From the NCBI GenBank assembly GCA_020852375.1, contig JADZAY010000006.1, forward strand, positions 1 through 62,087: a stretch of DNA of 62,087 nucleotides, given 5' to 3'. The DNA is from Candidatus Yanofskybacteria bacterium. Lineage in GTDB: Bacteria; Patescibacteriota; Minisyncoccia; 2-02-FULL-40-12; GWA2-44-9. A program made the position numbers and the translations under genes. The notes below the pieces were generated by a model. That model did not search any database. It saw nothing but the letters and a program-made list of their open reading frames with translations, and was not told the origin of the DNA. Shown here piece after piece: positions 38,262 to 47,015 of this stretch (the first letter of the stretch is position 1; each line of letters begins with the position of its first letter).

Positions 38262-41129
38262 TTAGACCGGCTTGGGAAGGAACTTCCGCCAGTCGAACGA
38301 GCGCGGATTGGCGAACCAATCCCGGATCTGGTCGTACATCAGGGAACGCACCAGAACGGGACCGTCCTCCGGTCCACCGACCGGGAGGCCGATGAACAGG
38401 ACGCCCGTGTTGTTGGGCGGGAAGCCACGCTCACCGTACAGATCGGTGTGCGTGTTAGCGGGGCCCATGACGTAGATGGCGTACGGGGTGATGACCTTGT
38501 TCTTGAAGTGCTTGTCACCGTACGTCTTCAGGGTGACACGTCCAGTCGCATGGCCGAAGGAGTCGCCGCGGGCGCGGTCGTTGTTGACCACGGCCGAGAG
38601 CGGATCCGACCAGCTCGAGAGACGCGCGGGGGACGCGAGAAACGTCAGCCCCCACTCGTATCCACCGGGAGCACAGATCGTTCCGAGCGCGAAGTACTCG
38701 TTGCTGTAGAGCGGCGCGAGCACATAGCGATCGAGAAACGCCTGCTGATCCTTCCAGTGGGAAAGCCCTGCCAGCCGCGCACGGAGATACTGGGCGTAGA
38801 AGACGCCCTCCGTGAGCGTGTCCTGAACGGACGCCGCCAAGTGATTCCCGGAGCCGATGTTGAGGATGCCGACGTCGCGCCCATCGTATGGGATACCGCG
38901 GATCTCACTGAGACCGCGGATCACCAGCTTGGAACGCTGAGAGCGACGGAGCACCGAATCGAAGAAGTCCAAGTTGGGGTCGATCAGGCGAGTGAACACT
39001 TCCAGCATCTGCGGCTGGACCCAGTCCAAACCTCGTGCGAGGAACTGGCCGAGGTCGAACCGCGCGGCGTCCAGGGTGAGCTGCATCACTGCGGCCGAAT
39101 CGCCCTTCTTCGCGGCCTGCGCGATTTCGTCGTGACGCGTTCGCCACCACTTCTCGATCCGATCGTACGACATCTCGCTCGGATCAGGCTGCTTGTGCGT
39201 GTCGTAGTGGTTGCCCTGCGTCGGGTCATCGTTGATGGTCAGAAGGTGGATCGGGAAATCGCTGCTATCGAGGATGCCATCCCGCCGCATCATCATGGCG
39301 ACCGCCTCGGAGACACCGAGATTCCGCCGAGTCGCCGTGTCGAAGATGTGCTCGCGGGAGCGGCTACCCATGTGGATGTCCGTCATCTCGACGGTCCAGA
39401 TGTAGCGCGTCTCCGGATACGGGTAGTACCCGGGAATGCCGGCCTTCGGGCGCTGTGCCTTCGGGAGGCGCTTCAGATGGAGGCTGTTGTCCAGCTTCGC
39501 GATGGGGAACGAGTCCCCCGTCACGATACCGTTGACGCGCTGGAGAACCAGCACGCCGGGACGGAACTGCTCGGACTTCAGCACCTTCGAGACGGGATGT
39601 ACCGCCTTCGTGGAGCCACGAAGCTCCGCGCGAAGGAACGATTCGTCGATACAGATGGGAGCCACGTGCACTTCGGACGAATCTCGCTGACCATTCTTGT
39701 AGTGATCGCGGCCGACCATGCGGTGGTTCAGAGCGTACGGGTGGCAGATGACCGCAGTGTGCGGTACCGCTCCGCGGTACGCCTTCGCACCGAACTCGTC
39801 CACGAAGGACGAGAGAAGACCGTCGGTGACCTCGACGTGCCCCGGGATGTAGATCTCGATGGGATCGTAGTCGCCCACCTTGATGTGACTCGTCCCCTGC
39901 CCGATGACGCGGCAGTTGGGAATGACCTCTTCCAGCTTCTTCGCGAGCAGAGCGCGGAGCCGCCGACGGCGGCGTTCCAGGTCCTGGTCGCTGACGTTCG
40001 TGATGATGGTCATCGCGCGCTCTTCCGTAAGCTCGCGCAGATCCTGCTCGTACTTCGCGATGTCGATAGCAGCCTGGCGCCGATCCGCGGCGCTCCTGCT
40101 GTTGAGCGCGCTGTACGCTCGCGCCAGTTCACGCTTCGTGAAACTGATGTGAGCTTCGAGCTGCTTCTGTTCCAGCAACGTGATGTAGCGCACTTCGTAG
40201 TACGCCGCCGTGTTGATGAGCTCCTCCTCGACATGGCCGAGGGGGTACAGCACGGGACCGCCGAACTCGGGGGAACCGTCGGGTCGGTGCGTGATCTTGT
40301 GCCACGCATCCAGAAACCCCAGGAACTTTGCCTCGAGGGGCATGAAGATGACCTCGTCGAGCGCCTTGCTCGCGAGGATACGACGCGCCTTCGCCTGATA
40401 CGAGGCGGGAAGGTGTTCGATCTTCACATGGAGACCCGAGACCTGAGCGCGGTACGTCTTGATGGGACCAGCGGCCTTCTTGAGGTCCATGGACAGGCCA
40501 TTGGTGATCACGACGCACGCATCGCCCCGCTTTTCAGCATCCGACAACGCCCGCCGGACCGGATTGTCCTTGATCAGACGGTTGTGCTTGATGCCGATGA
40601 GGCCACCATTGACGAACGCGACCGTCCAATCCGCCCCCGCGGGCACGACGAACGGGTTCGCGAAACTGGACTCAGGGAACTCGAAGAGCTCGGCATCCGC
40701 AGACAGCTCCTCGGTGGACAGGCGCCCCATGCCAGCGATGAACTTCGCCGATGCGTGCGCATTCGTGACACCCGTGAGGAACTTCGCCTTTTTGGCGAAC
40801 AGATCCTCGGGGATGTACGGGTAGTACTTCTTCCGGAACTCATCCAACGGTATGTTGGTGCGGATCGCACGCTTAAGCGCATCGAGCGCCTGCGTGGTCC
40901 AAATGAGCTTCGGCAGTCGACCGATGAGACCCTGCTTCGAAAGGCGCAGGCCCCCGGTCAGCTTCTCGACGAATTCGGTGCGGAGTGTCTGTAGGATCGA
41001 CTCTAAGCCGCCCTTGCGCAGGAGCGCACCCGACTGGATGAGCTCACGGCAACGGGACTCGAGGCCCTGGATCCTCCAGACGTCCTTCGCCGCCGAACCG
41101 TTTCGGTGTGACGTCTCGGCCTTCGCCAT
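38262..41129 (-). CDS. 955-aa protein with tandem calcineurin-like phosphoesterase folds
   Basis: C-domain has TDIHMG, NDD, GNH and GDKH. The N-domain has degenerate counterparts. AAGGAG SD. Confidence 0.7.
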   Translation of the reverse strand: MAKAETSHRNGSAAKDVWRIQGLESRCRELIQSGALLRKGGLESILQTLRTEFVEKLTGGLRLSKQGLIGRLPKLIWTTQALDALKRAIRTNIPLDEFRKKYYPYIPEDLFAKKAKFLTGVTNAHASAKFIAGMGRLSTEELSADAELFEFPESSFANPFVVPAGADWTVAFVNGGLIGIKHNRLIKDNPVRRALSDAEKRGDACVVITNGLSMDLKKAAGPIKTYRAQVSGLHVKIEHLPASYQAKARRILASKALDEVIFMPLEAKFLGFLDAWHKITHRPDGSPEFGGPVLYPLGHVEEELINTAAYYEVRYITLLEQKQLEAHISFTKRELARAYSALNSRSAADRRQAAIDIAKYEQDLRELTEERAMTIITNVSDQDLERRRRRLRALLAKKLEEVIPNCRVIGQGTSHIKVGDYDPIEIYIPGHVEVTDGLLSSFVDEFGAKAYRGAVPHTAVICHPYALNHRMVGRDHYKNGQRDSSEVHVAPICIDESFLRAELRGSTKAVHPVSKVLKSEQFRPGVLVLQRVNGIVTGDSFPIAKLDNSLHLKRLPKAQRPKAGIPGYYPYPETRYIWTVEMTDIHMGSRSREHIFDTATRRNLGVSEAVAMMMRRDGILDSSDFPIHLLTINDDPTQGNHYDTHKQPDPSEMSYDRIEKWWRTRHDEIAQAAKKGDSAAVMQLTLDAARFDLGQFLARGLDWVQPQMLEVFTRLIDPNLDFFDSVLRRSQRSKLVIRGLSEIRGIPYDGRDVGILNIGSGNHLAASVQDTLTEGVFYAQYLRARLAGLSHWKDQQAFLDRYVLAPLYSNEYFALGTICAPGGYEWGLTFLASPARLSSWSDPLSAVVNNDRARGDSFGHATGRVTLKTYGDKHFKNKVITPYAIYVMGPANTHTDLYGERGFPPNNTGVLFIGLPVGGPEDGPVLVRSLMYDQIRDWFANPRSFDWRKFLPKPV

Positions 41130-41206
41130 TGTGATTCTCCTTCATTGTCAGAGAACGACGCCAAAACTATACCAATCTGTTTCACCACGACAACTTGACG
41201 ATATAC

Positions 41207-41234
41207 AAAAAAGAGGGCGATTTTCATCGCCCTC
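41207..41234 (-). terminator. Intrinsic terminator
   Basis: Minus strand GAGGGCGA-TGAAAA-TCGCCCTC followed by T6. Confidence 0.7.
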
Positions 41235-41241
41235 GAATGTC

Positions 41242-42474
41242 CTATGCGGTCGCCGGGACCGCCTTCACGATCTTCGGCTTTTCGTCCATCACCGCCCCGG
41301 ACAGCTGCTCCGCCTTCATCGACAGATTCTGCCCGATAAGACTGCCGCCGGCATTGCCGACGATGTATGGCGCCGCTTTCTCAGCGGTGATGGCGCCCTG
41401 CGCAAGGTAGTGCATGCACAGGTACCAAACACCGTTCGAAAACACCGACGTCCACGCGAGGTATTGCGAGCTGTTCCGCTGGCGCGCGCGACTCACCATG
41501 GTGAAGCTCACCGCCTGCCACGCAGAAACCCCCAGCAGCAGAAGGGCGGGCCGCCAACCGGCAACACCGAAGACCATCACGTGCACGATCAGCACGAACG
41601 CCAGCGCCTGCAACTGAGCGACGGGCCACCGGACCTTCGCACCGCCCGTGACATGCGCGTCGAAGCTTGCCTTCAGCTTCTTCCCGAGATCCTGGCCGAC
41701 GTTCGCGCCGATGAGCGAACCGATGATGCTCCCCGTCGTGACCGGTAGGAACAGCGCCCAATCGAGGCGATGGCTGATCATGATGAAGAGCTTCAGGAAT
41801 GCGACCCCGATCTGGAAGACAACGGCGCCCGTGTGGAACCAGTAGTGGTCGGTACTCCGCGCGACGCGCAGGAGCGAGAATGCGAAGCTTTCCACCACGG
41901 TCAGCAGGAGCAACGCACCCAGGAGCTCGCGTCCGAATGTCGGCGCGCTCACTACCATCTGTACGGCGAGCGCAGCCGTAAGCAACGCGACCGACGGCCA
42001 CAGCTTCATGAGCTGCGGCCTACCCTTCGCCCCTTCCGCGGACAGGCCCAACGCTGTTTCGATCTTGATGGAAAGCGTGTTGGCGTGCAGCGTACCGAGA
42101 ATGGTGGCGAACACGTACGGCGCCAGAAGCGCCGGCGGCAACTCGTTGCGGACCAGCAGCTGCAACGACCAGAAGAACGTGAAGCTCGCCGCTAGCGCCG
42201 CAAGCGCATGGTACGCGTTGCTGTTCCGGTTCGCTGAGCGCGACTGAAGGCCGTATGCCGTGTTCTGGAGATACGCCAACACCATCACGGTGGTGGCCGT
42301 TAGCGGGAGCCACAGTGCGGGATGCATCTGCACGAACTGAACGAGATGACCGTAGGTAGTCCAGAGCTCATCGAAATGAACCCTCGAGAAAACGCCAAGT
42401 TGCGCCACAACAATACCGCCAATCAACCACAGTGGGTTGATGCTCCACACCCGTGTGCCAAGACGAGTCAGCAT
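41242..42474 (-). CDS. Membrane protein with three DUF5698-like repeats
   Basis: Three units of the form Q/E...SR.(R).RN...F...W/F...PY..G..G.L. Confidence 0.7.
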   Translation of the reverse strand: MLTRLGTRVWSINPLWLIGGIVVAQLGVFSRVHFDELWTTYGHLVQFVQMHPALWLPLTATTVMVLAYLQNTAYGLQSRSANRNSNAYHALAALAASFTFFWSLQLLVRNELPPALLAPYVFATILGTLHANTLSIKIETALGLSAEGAKGRPQLMKLWPSVALLTAALAVQMVVSAPTFGRELLGALLLLTVVESFAFSLLRVARSTDHYWFHTGAVVFQIGVAFLKLFIMISHRLDWALFLPVTTGSIIGSLIGANVGQDLGKKLKASFDAHVTGGAKVRWPVAQLQALAFVLIVHVMVFGVAGWRPALLLLGVSAWQAVSFTMVSRARQRNSSQYLAWTSVFSNGVWYLCMHYLAQGAITAEKAAPYIVGNAGGSLIGQNLSMKAEQLSGAVMDEKPKIVKAVPATA

Positions 42475-42540
42475 GTGACTTCCTTTCTTGTAAATGATGC
42501 CGCCTGCACCCTAGCACACATGCAACCCCATTCAAGCACA

Positions 42541-42651
42541 TAGGTAATCCTACGCGCTGCTGCGCTCAGGATTGTTGCGCGACGGGGTCAACCGCAATAG
42601 GTAATCCTACGGCCTGTTGGCCTCAGGATTGTTGCGCGACGGGTACGCGCA
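42541..42651. repeat. Tandem REP-like hairpin units (57-nt period)
   Basis: TAGGTAATCCTACG-N10-CTCAGGATTGTTGCGCGACGGG at 42541 and 42598. Confidence 0.85.
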
Positions 42652-42682
42652 ACAAAAAGACCGCCCCTTCGGGCGGTCTGCG

Positions 42683-42979
42683 CTACTTCCCTTGCAGGCC
42701 CTGCAGACACTGTGCCAACTGGTGCACTTCTCGAGCGGAAAGACGCTCACACTCGCAGAACTCATCGGGCCGGGCATCGTCTCCATGCAGGAGCACAATG
42801 TCGCCGAACACCTCGTTCTTGATGAGCACCCCGCTAAACCGCTTCCCCGCAGCTCGCGCGATGAGGTCGGCCAAACTCGGAATGTCCGCCACCTCTCTGA
42901 CCTCGTTGGATATCACGCAGAGAAACACGACGAGCCGCGGATACGCAGCGATCGTCTTGCACACCGGAACCTTGTACAC
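42683..42979 (-). CDS. Hypothetical protein
   Basis: AAGGAGG SD before the GTG. Terminator at 42654-42680. Confidence 0.55.
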   Translation of the reverse strand: MYKVPVCKTIAAYPRLVVFLCVISNEVREVADIPSLADLIARAAGKRFSGVLIKNEVFGDIVLLHGDDARPDEFCECERLSAREVHQLAQCLQGLQGK

Positions 42980-42980
42980 C

Positions 42981-43298
42981 TTATTCCTCCTTCGACGGGA
43001 GCGGCCCTGCGACCGCCCGCTCCAACTCTTCCATCTCCTCGTCGCCAAGTGGCTCACAGTGAGCCACTGTGCCGTCGGGGAGACACTCGAACGACGCGAA
43101 CATGTCCGTTCCGACTCGGATCACCATGCACGCCGGAGCGAGCGCCACACGCTCACCCCGAACGTACCACGCGACCGCGGACAGCGAGTCAAACACGCCA
43201 AGCTCTTTGCCCTCGATATCGGCGACCACGAAGGTGTCCGGCCCTGCAGAAGGATGAATGACGGTCCGACAGAACACGACCAGCTCACGAGCCGGCAT
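42981..43298 (-). CDS. Hypothetical protein
   Basis: GGAGG SD, translationally coupled to the next gene. Confidence 0.55.
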   Translation of the reverse strand: MPARELVVFCRTVIHPSAGPDTFVVADIEGKELGVFDSLSAVAWYVRGERVALAPACMVIRVGTDMFASFECLPDGTVAHCEPLGDEEMEELERAVAGPLPSKEE

Positions 43299-43451
43299 AC
43301 TGCACCTCCCGAACGAACCGGCCCTACGGTACCAAGATTCGGGGCTCTGCGCAATCTTCGGAAAAATTGACTATTTCAGATAACCATGGTATATAATCCA
43401 TCCCCGCAGATCCTTTCCAAAACCAACCCTGTTTCTAAGGAGTGTCCGAAA

Positions 43452-44048
43452 ATGAAGAAGTTCGCCGTCGGAATCGTGGCAGTACTGGTGCTCACCGTCA
43501 TGTACGGCATCAGCATCAACAACACCATCATCGTGCACCAGCAGGATGCCGAGCAGAAGCTCGCCAATGTCGCCTCCGCGCTCCAGCGCCGAGCCGACCT
43601 GCTCCCCAACCTAGCGAGCATCGTGGCCCGCTACGCAACCCACGAGCACGACACCTTCATCGAGACGGCCCAGGCCCGCGCCTCGGCCGCCGCATCCATC
43701 AAGCTGGACGCTGAGACGCTCAGCGACCCCGAGAAGCTGAGGAAGTTCCAGGCGGCGCAGGGTGAGGTATCGTCCTTCCTGTCGCGCCTGATGGCGGTTC
43801 AGGAGCAGTACCCCAACCTGAAGGCCGATCGGCTGTTCATCGACCTGCAGGCGCAGGTGGAAGGAACCGAGAACCGCATCAAGGTCGAGCGAGACAACTA
43901 CAACACGGCGGTCCGCAACTACAACAACATCGTCCTGATGTTCCCATCGAGTCTGGTGGCATCGTTCCGCAACTTCCCGAAGCTGCCCTACTTCCAGGCG
44001 GAAGAGTCCGCGTCGAAGACGCCGGATCTGGGAGACCTCCTGAAGTGA
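43452..44048 (+). CDS. lemA: LemA family protein
   Basis: LQRRADLLPNL, EQYPNLKA, EGTENRI..ER..YN, FPSSLVA. Confidence 0.95.
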   Translation: MKKFAVGIVAVLVLTVMYGISINNTIIVHQQDAEQKLANVASALQRRADLLPNLASIVARYATHEHDTFIETAQARASAAASIKLDAETLSDPEKLRKFQAAQGEVSSFLSRLMAVQEQYPNLKADRLFIDLQAQVEGTENRIKVERDNYNTAVRNYNNIVLMFPSSLVASFRNFPKLPYFQAEESASKTPDLGDLLK

Positions 44049-44740
44049 GGCGCCCGCTCGCAGCCATCGCATTCGCCGCAACATTCGCTGTTGCGGCAGA
44101 GGAGCAGCTCCCCCGGCCCACCGGATATGTGACGGACACCGCTAGCCTCCTCTCGACCACCGCGGTGACCCGCATCGACGAGCAACTCAGAGCGTTCGAC
44201 GCGCAAACATCAACGCAGGTGGTCGTCGTCACCGTCCTGAGCCTCAACGGTGCAGCGCCGGAGGCGTACGCAAATCGCCTGTTCCGCCAGTGGGGTGTCG
44301 GCCAGAAAGGCACCAATAACGGAGTGCTCCTCCTCATCACCAAGACCGACCGAAAGCTCCGCATCGAGGTCGGGCGCGGACTGGAAGGAGCACTGCCTGA
44401 CGCGACCGCCAAGGAAATCATCGACACGGTCATTGCCCCGCACCTCGCCAAGAGAGAGTTCGATGTCGGCGTTGGCGCTGGCGTGGATGCCATCCTCGCC
44501 GCCGTGAAGGGTGAGTACACCCGCCCACCATCGACCGGATGGCCAACATGGCTCATCGTGCTCATCATCGTCATCGTGATCCTCCTCATCCTCATCGTGC
44601 TCGCTGCAAGTAACAGCAGCAGAGGGGGCGGGTACTACGCTTCCGGCGGAAGCGACTGGGGCGGGAGCAGTGGCGGCGGAGGTGGATGGTCTGGCGGCGG
44701 AGGAGACTCTGGTGGCGGAGGAGCAAGCGGCGGATACTAA
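44045..44740 (+). CDS. TPM-domain protein with Gly-rich tail
   Basis: GYVTDTA, WGVG..GTNNGVLLL, RIEVGRGLEG, GGGGDSGGGGASG. Confidence 0.92.
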   Translation: MRRPLAAIAFAATFAVAAEEQLPRPTGYVTDTASLLSTTAVTRIDEQLRAFDAQTSTQVVVVTVLSLNGAAPEAYANRLFRQWGVGQKGTNNGVLLLITKTDRKLRIEVGRGLEGALPDATAKEIIDTVIAPHLAKREFDVGVGAGVDAILAAVKGEYTRPPSTGWPTWLIVLIIVIVILLILIVLAASNSSRGGGYYASGGSDWGGSSGGGGGWSGGGGDSGGGGASGGY

Positions 44741-44758
44741 TCTATCGCTCGACTCCAT

Positions 44759-44826
44759 GGCGGGTTCTTCATGAACCCGCCTTTTTGTACCCGCAAATTG
44801 CCGATACCGAGATTTTATGCTAGAAT
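44759..44826 (+). promoter_or_regulatory. Terminator followed by tRNA-Trp promoter
   Basis: GGCGGGTTC..GAACCCGCC-T5 (44759-44786), then TTGCCG-17-TAGAAT (44798-44826). Confidence 0.7.
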
Positions 44827-44837
44827 GCAGCACTTTC

Positions 44838-44908
44838 GGGGGATTCGTTCAGTGGCAGGACGGCGGTCTCCAAAACCGCTAACGTGGGTTCGATTCCTAC
44901 ATCCCCCG
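44838..44908 (+). tRNA. tRNA-Trp(CCA)
   Basis: Cloverleaf, anticodon arm GCGGT-CT-CCA-AA-ACCGC. Confidence 0.95.
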
Positions 44909-44910
44909 CA

Positions 44911-45480
44911 ATGCAAATCGGCAGAACATTATACGTCTCCACAGCAAAAGAGTGGCGCACCTGGCTCAAGAAACATCACGCAAACCTGAAGGAAGTCTGG
45001 CTTGTGTATCCGAGAGCCGGCAGCGGGAAGCCGCGCATACCTTACAATGACGCCGTCGAGCAGGCGCTCTGCTTCGGATGGATCGACAGCACCGCAAAGT
45101 CGCTCGATGACCGCCGCTTCGCCCAGCGCTTCTCGCCACGCCGAGACCCGAAAAATTGGTCGCAGCACAATATCGAGCGTATGCACCGCATGATCGCGTC
45201 TAAGCAGATGACCTCAGCGGGGTTGGCCGTATTCAAGTACCACACACCGCTCTCGAAAACAAAACGCCTCGTGCTCGCACCCGATGTGAAGGCAGCGCTC
45301 ACCGAGGACCCTGTAGTGTGGCGCACGTTCAAAGCGTTCCCCGCGTCCTACCGCCGCATTCGTATCGCCGCCATCGAGCACTACCGGAAACGAGGTGCCG
45401 CCGCCTTCGCCAAGCGCCTCGCCCACTTCGTTAAAACAACAAAGGCCGGAAAGCGCATCGGCTTCGGCCACGGAGAATAA
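44911..45480 (+). CDS. YdeI/OmpD-associated family protein
   Basis: EWRTWL, YNDAVEQALCFGWIDS, FSPRR...WSQHN, MTSAG. Confidence 0.9.
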   Translation: MQIGRTLYVSTAKEWRTWLKKHHANLKEVWLVYPRAGSGKPRIPYNDAVEQALCFGWIDSTAKSLDDRRFAQRFSPRRDPKNWSQHNIERMHRMIASKQMTSAGLAVFKYHTPLSKTKRLVLAPDVKAALTEDPVVWRTFKAFPASYRRIRIAAIEHYRKRGAAAFAKRLAHFVKTTKAGKRIGFGHGE

Positions 45481-45517
45481 GAAACGGCCCCGGTGGGGCC
45501 GTTTCTGTGCCGCTCTA

Positions 45518-45682
45518 TTAGCCGGTCAGTTTGGTCTCTTTGTGCGGAGTGCGCTTCTTGCACTTCGCGCAGAACTTCATGTATTCGAGCTTCCGCTCCA
45601 CCTTTTTCTTGTTCTTGGTGGTGTAGTAGTTCGCGCTCTTACACTTCTGACACTTCATGCGGAGGAGATTGTCTTGGGACAT
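45518..45682 (-). CDS. rpmG: 50S ribosomal protein L33 (Zn-ribbon type), absent from the ORF track
   Basis: Translates to MSQDNLLRMKCQKCKSANYYTTKNKKKVERKLEYMKFCAKCKKRTPHKETKLTG. Confidence 0.96.
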   Translation of the reverse strand: MSQDNLLRMKCQKCKSANYYTTKNKKKVERKLEYMKFCAKCKKRTPHKETKLTG

Positions 45683-45731
45683 GGGGATGAATTAGCTTGC
45701 ACACTGTAGCACAAACCGTCCGATTTGTGAA

Positions 45732-45796
45732 GTCCTTCGCGCTTATCCGCTCATCCTACTCGCTACTGTAGTCCTTCGCGCTTATGCGCTCAGGAC
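45732..45796. repeat. REP-like hairpin pair
   Basis: GTCCTTCGCGCTTAT(C/G)CGCTCA at 45732 and 45771, same architecture as the 42541 units. Confidence 0.75.
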
Positions 45797-45846
45797 ACTT
45801 GGCCAGCCACTCTCTTCATACAAACAGAATATAGAGTGGCCAAGTG

Positions 45847-45919
45847 AGCCGTTGGCCGGAATCGAACCGGCGACCTACTCCTTACCATGGAGTTGCTCTA
45901 CCATCTGAGCTACAACGGC
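45847..45919 (-). tRNA. tRNA-Thr(GGT)
   Basis: Cloverleaf, ACTCC-AT-GGT-AA-GGAGT. Confidence 0.95.
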
Positions 45920-45927
45920 AAGCTGCT

Positions 45928-46155
45928 TGCGAAGCCGCATGCCACCTGGCATCCGTCTTCGCATCTGTGGGGGCGGTAGGATTCTCCCTCGCCTCTCGCC
46001 TCGCCGTCGCTCGGCTCAGGCTGGGCACCGACTCGCGGCAGCGCCAGCTGGCGCTGCATCGCTCCGTCGTTCGGATCCTACCTCTTCCGACGACGCTATG
46101 CGAAGCCGCATGCCACCTGGCATCCGTCTTCGCATCTGTGGGGGCGGTAGGATTC
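45928..46155 (-). repeat. 57-bp direct repeat (171-bp period) containing the tRNA-Tyr 3' end
   Basis: 45928-45984 is identical to 46099-46155. Confidence 0.92.
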
Positions 46156-46222
46156 GAACCTACGAAGGCCAAAGGCCGACAGATTTACAGTCTGTTGTGA
46201 TTGACCACTCCACCACACCCCC
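46139..46222 (-). tRNA. tRNA-Tyr(GTA)
   Basis: Cloverleaf with long variable arm, ACAGA-CT-GTA-AA-TCTGT. Confidence 0.95.
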
Positions 46223-46246
46223 ATTTTCAACGCGAAACTGCCGGTG

Positions 46247-46318
46247 AGCCGGGGGTCGGGATCGAACCGACGACCTTCGCTTTACAAAAGCGTTGCTCTA
46301 CCGCTGAGCTACCCCGGC
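46247..46318 (-). tRNA. tRNA-Thr(TGT)
   Basis: Cloverleaf, anticodon loop TT-TGT-AA. Confidence 0.93.
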
Positions 46319-46364
46319 GGGTAGCCAGACTATTATACCTCAAAACACTCAGAAATCAAACGCT

Positions 46365-47012
46365 CTACTCCCCCTGCGCGACCGCGGCGGCGGCGTCTTT
46401 GTCCGCCTGCTCCCGACGGCGACGGGCGCGCTCGAGACGCTTCGCAAGCTGCTCATCTTCAGGAATCAGCTTCATCGCAGCTTCAAGCGCCTCAACCGCA
46501 TCGGGATAATTCTGAAGACGCAGATAGACCCGTGCGATGTCGCTATAGAGCTTGGCGTCCTTCGGGTTCTGTGCGATCGCGACGATCAGACGCTGCTCCT
46601 CCTGTCGGAGCTGTTCCGGATCTTCCATATCGATCTCATCGGTATCCACCTCTTCTTTCGCCTTTTCCTTTTCTTGCGCGATCTCGATGCGCTCCTGCTC
46701 TTTTGCGGTCTCCTGGTGTACACGGCGAACCTTTCGGATCACCCGATCGGACGCGCGATCGATCGCAGACACGAGCAGCCGACCACGCCGAAGGAACTTC
46801 TCGATCTCAACGAGAAGCTTGTGGACATACTGCCGCCACGGGATCGTGCTCACTCGTTCGACAACCTCAGGCGCGAAGTCGTGAAAGATGGTGGCTCCAA
46901 CCTCATGCGTCTCCGGAGTAAGCTTCCGGAGGTATGGCATTTTCCGCCACACGATAACGCTAGCACCGATCAGTGCGAGCAGAGCGAGCGAGAGCGGAAG
47001 AATGAGAAACAC
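46365..47012 (-). CDS. Membrane-anchored TPR protein
   Basis: N-terminal TM and C-terminal TPR (NPKDAKLYSDIARVY). Confidence 0.8.
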   Translation of the reverse strand: MFLILPLSLALLALIGASVIVWRKMPYLRKLTPETHEVGATIFHDFAPEVVERVSTIPWRQYVHKLLVEIEKFLRRGRLLVSAIDRASDRVIRKVRRVHQETAKEQERIEIAQEKEKAKEEVDTDEIDMEDPEQLRQEEQRLIVAIAQNPKDAKLYSDIARVYLRLQNYPDAVEALEAAMKLIPEDEQLAKRLERARRRREQADKDAAAAVAQGE

Positions 47013-47015
47013 GAC

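Noticed and set aside
38448-40994. 848-aa plus-strand ORF
   Set aside because: It is the antisense shadow of the 955-aa gene, which has the SD site and catalytic motifs.
42541-42651. Possible mini-CRISPR array
   Set aside because: There are only two units, the variable part is 10 nt and self-complementary, and no cas genes are present.
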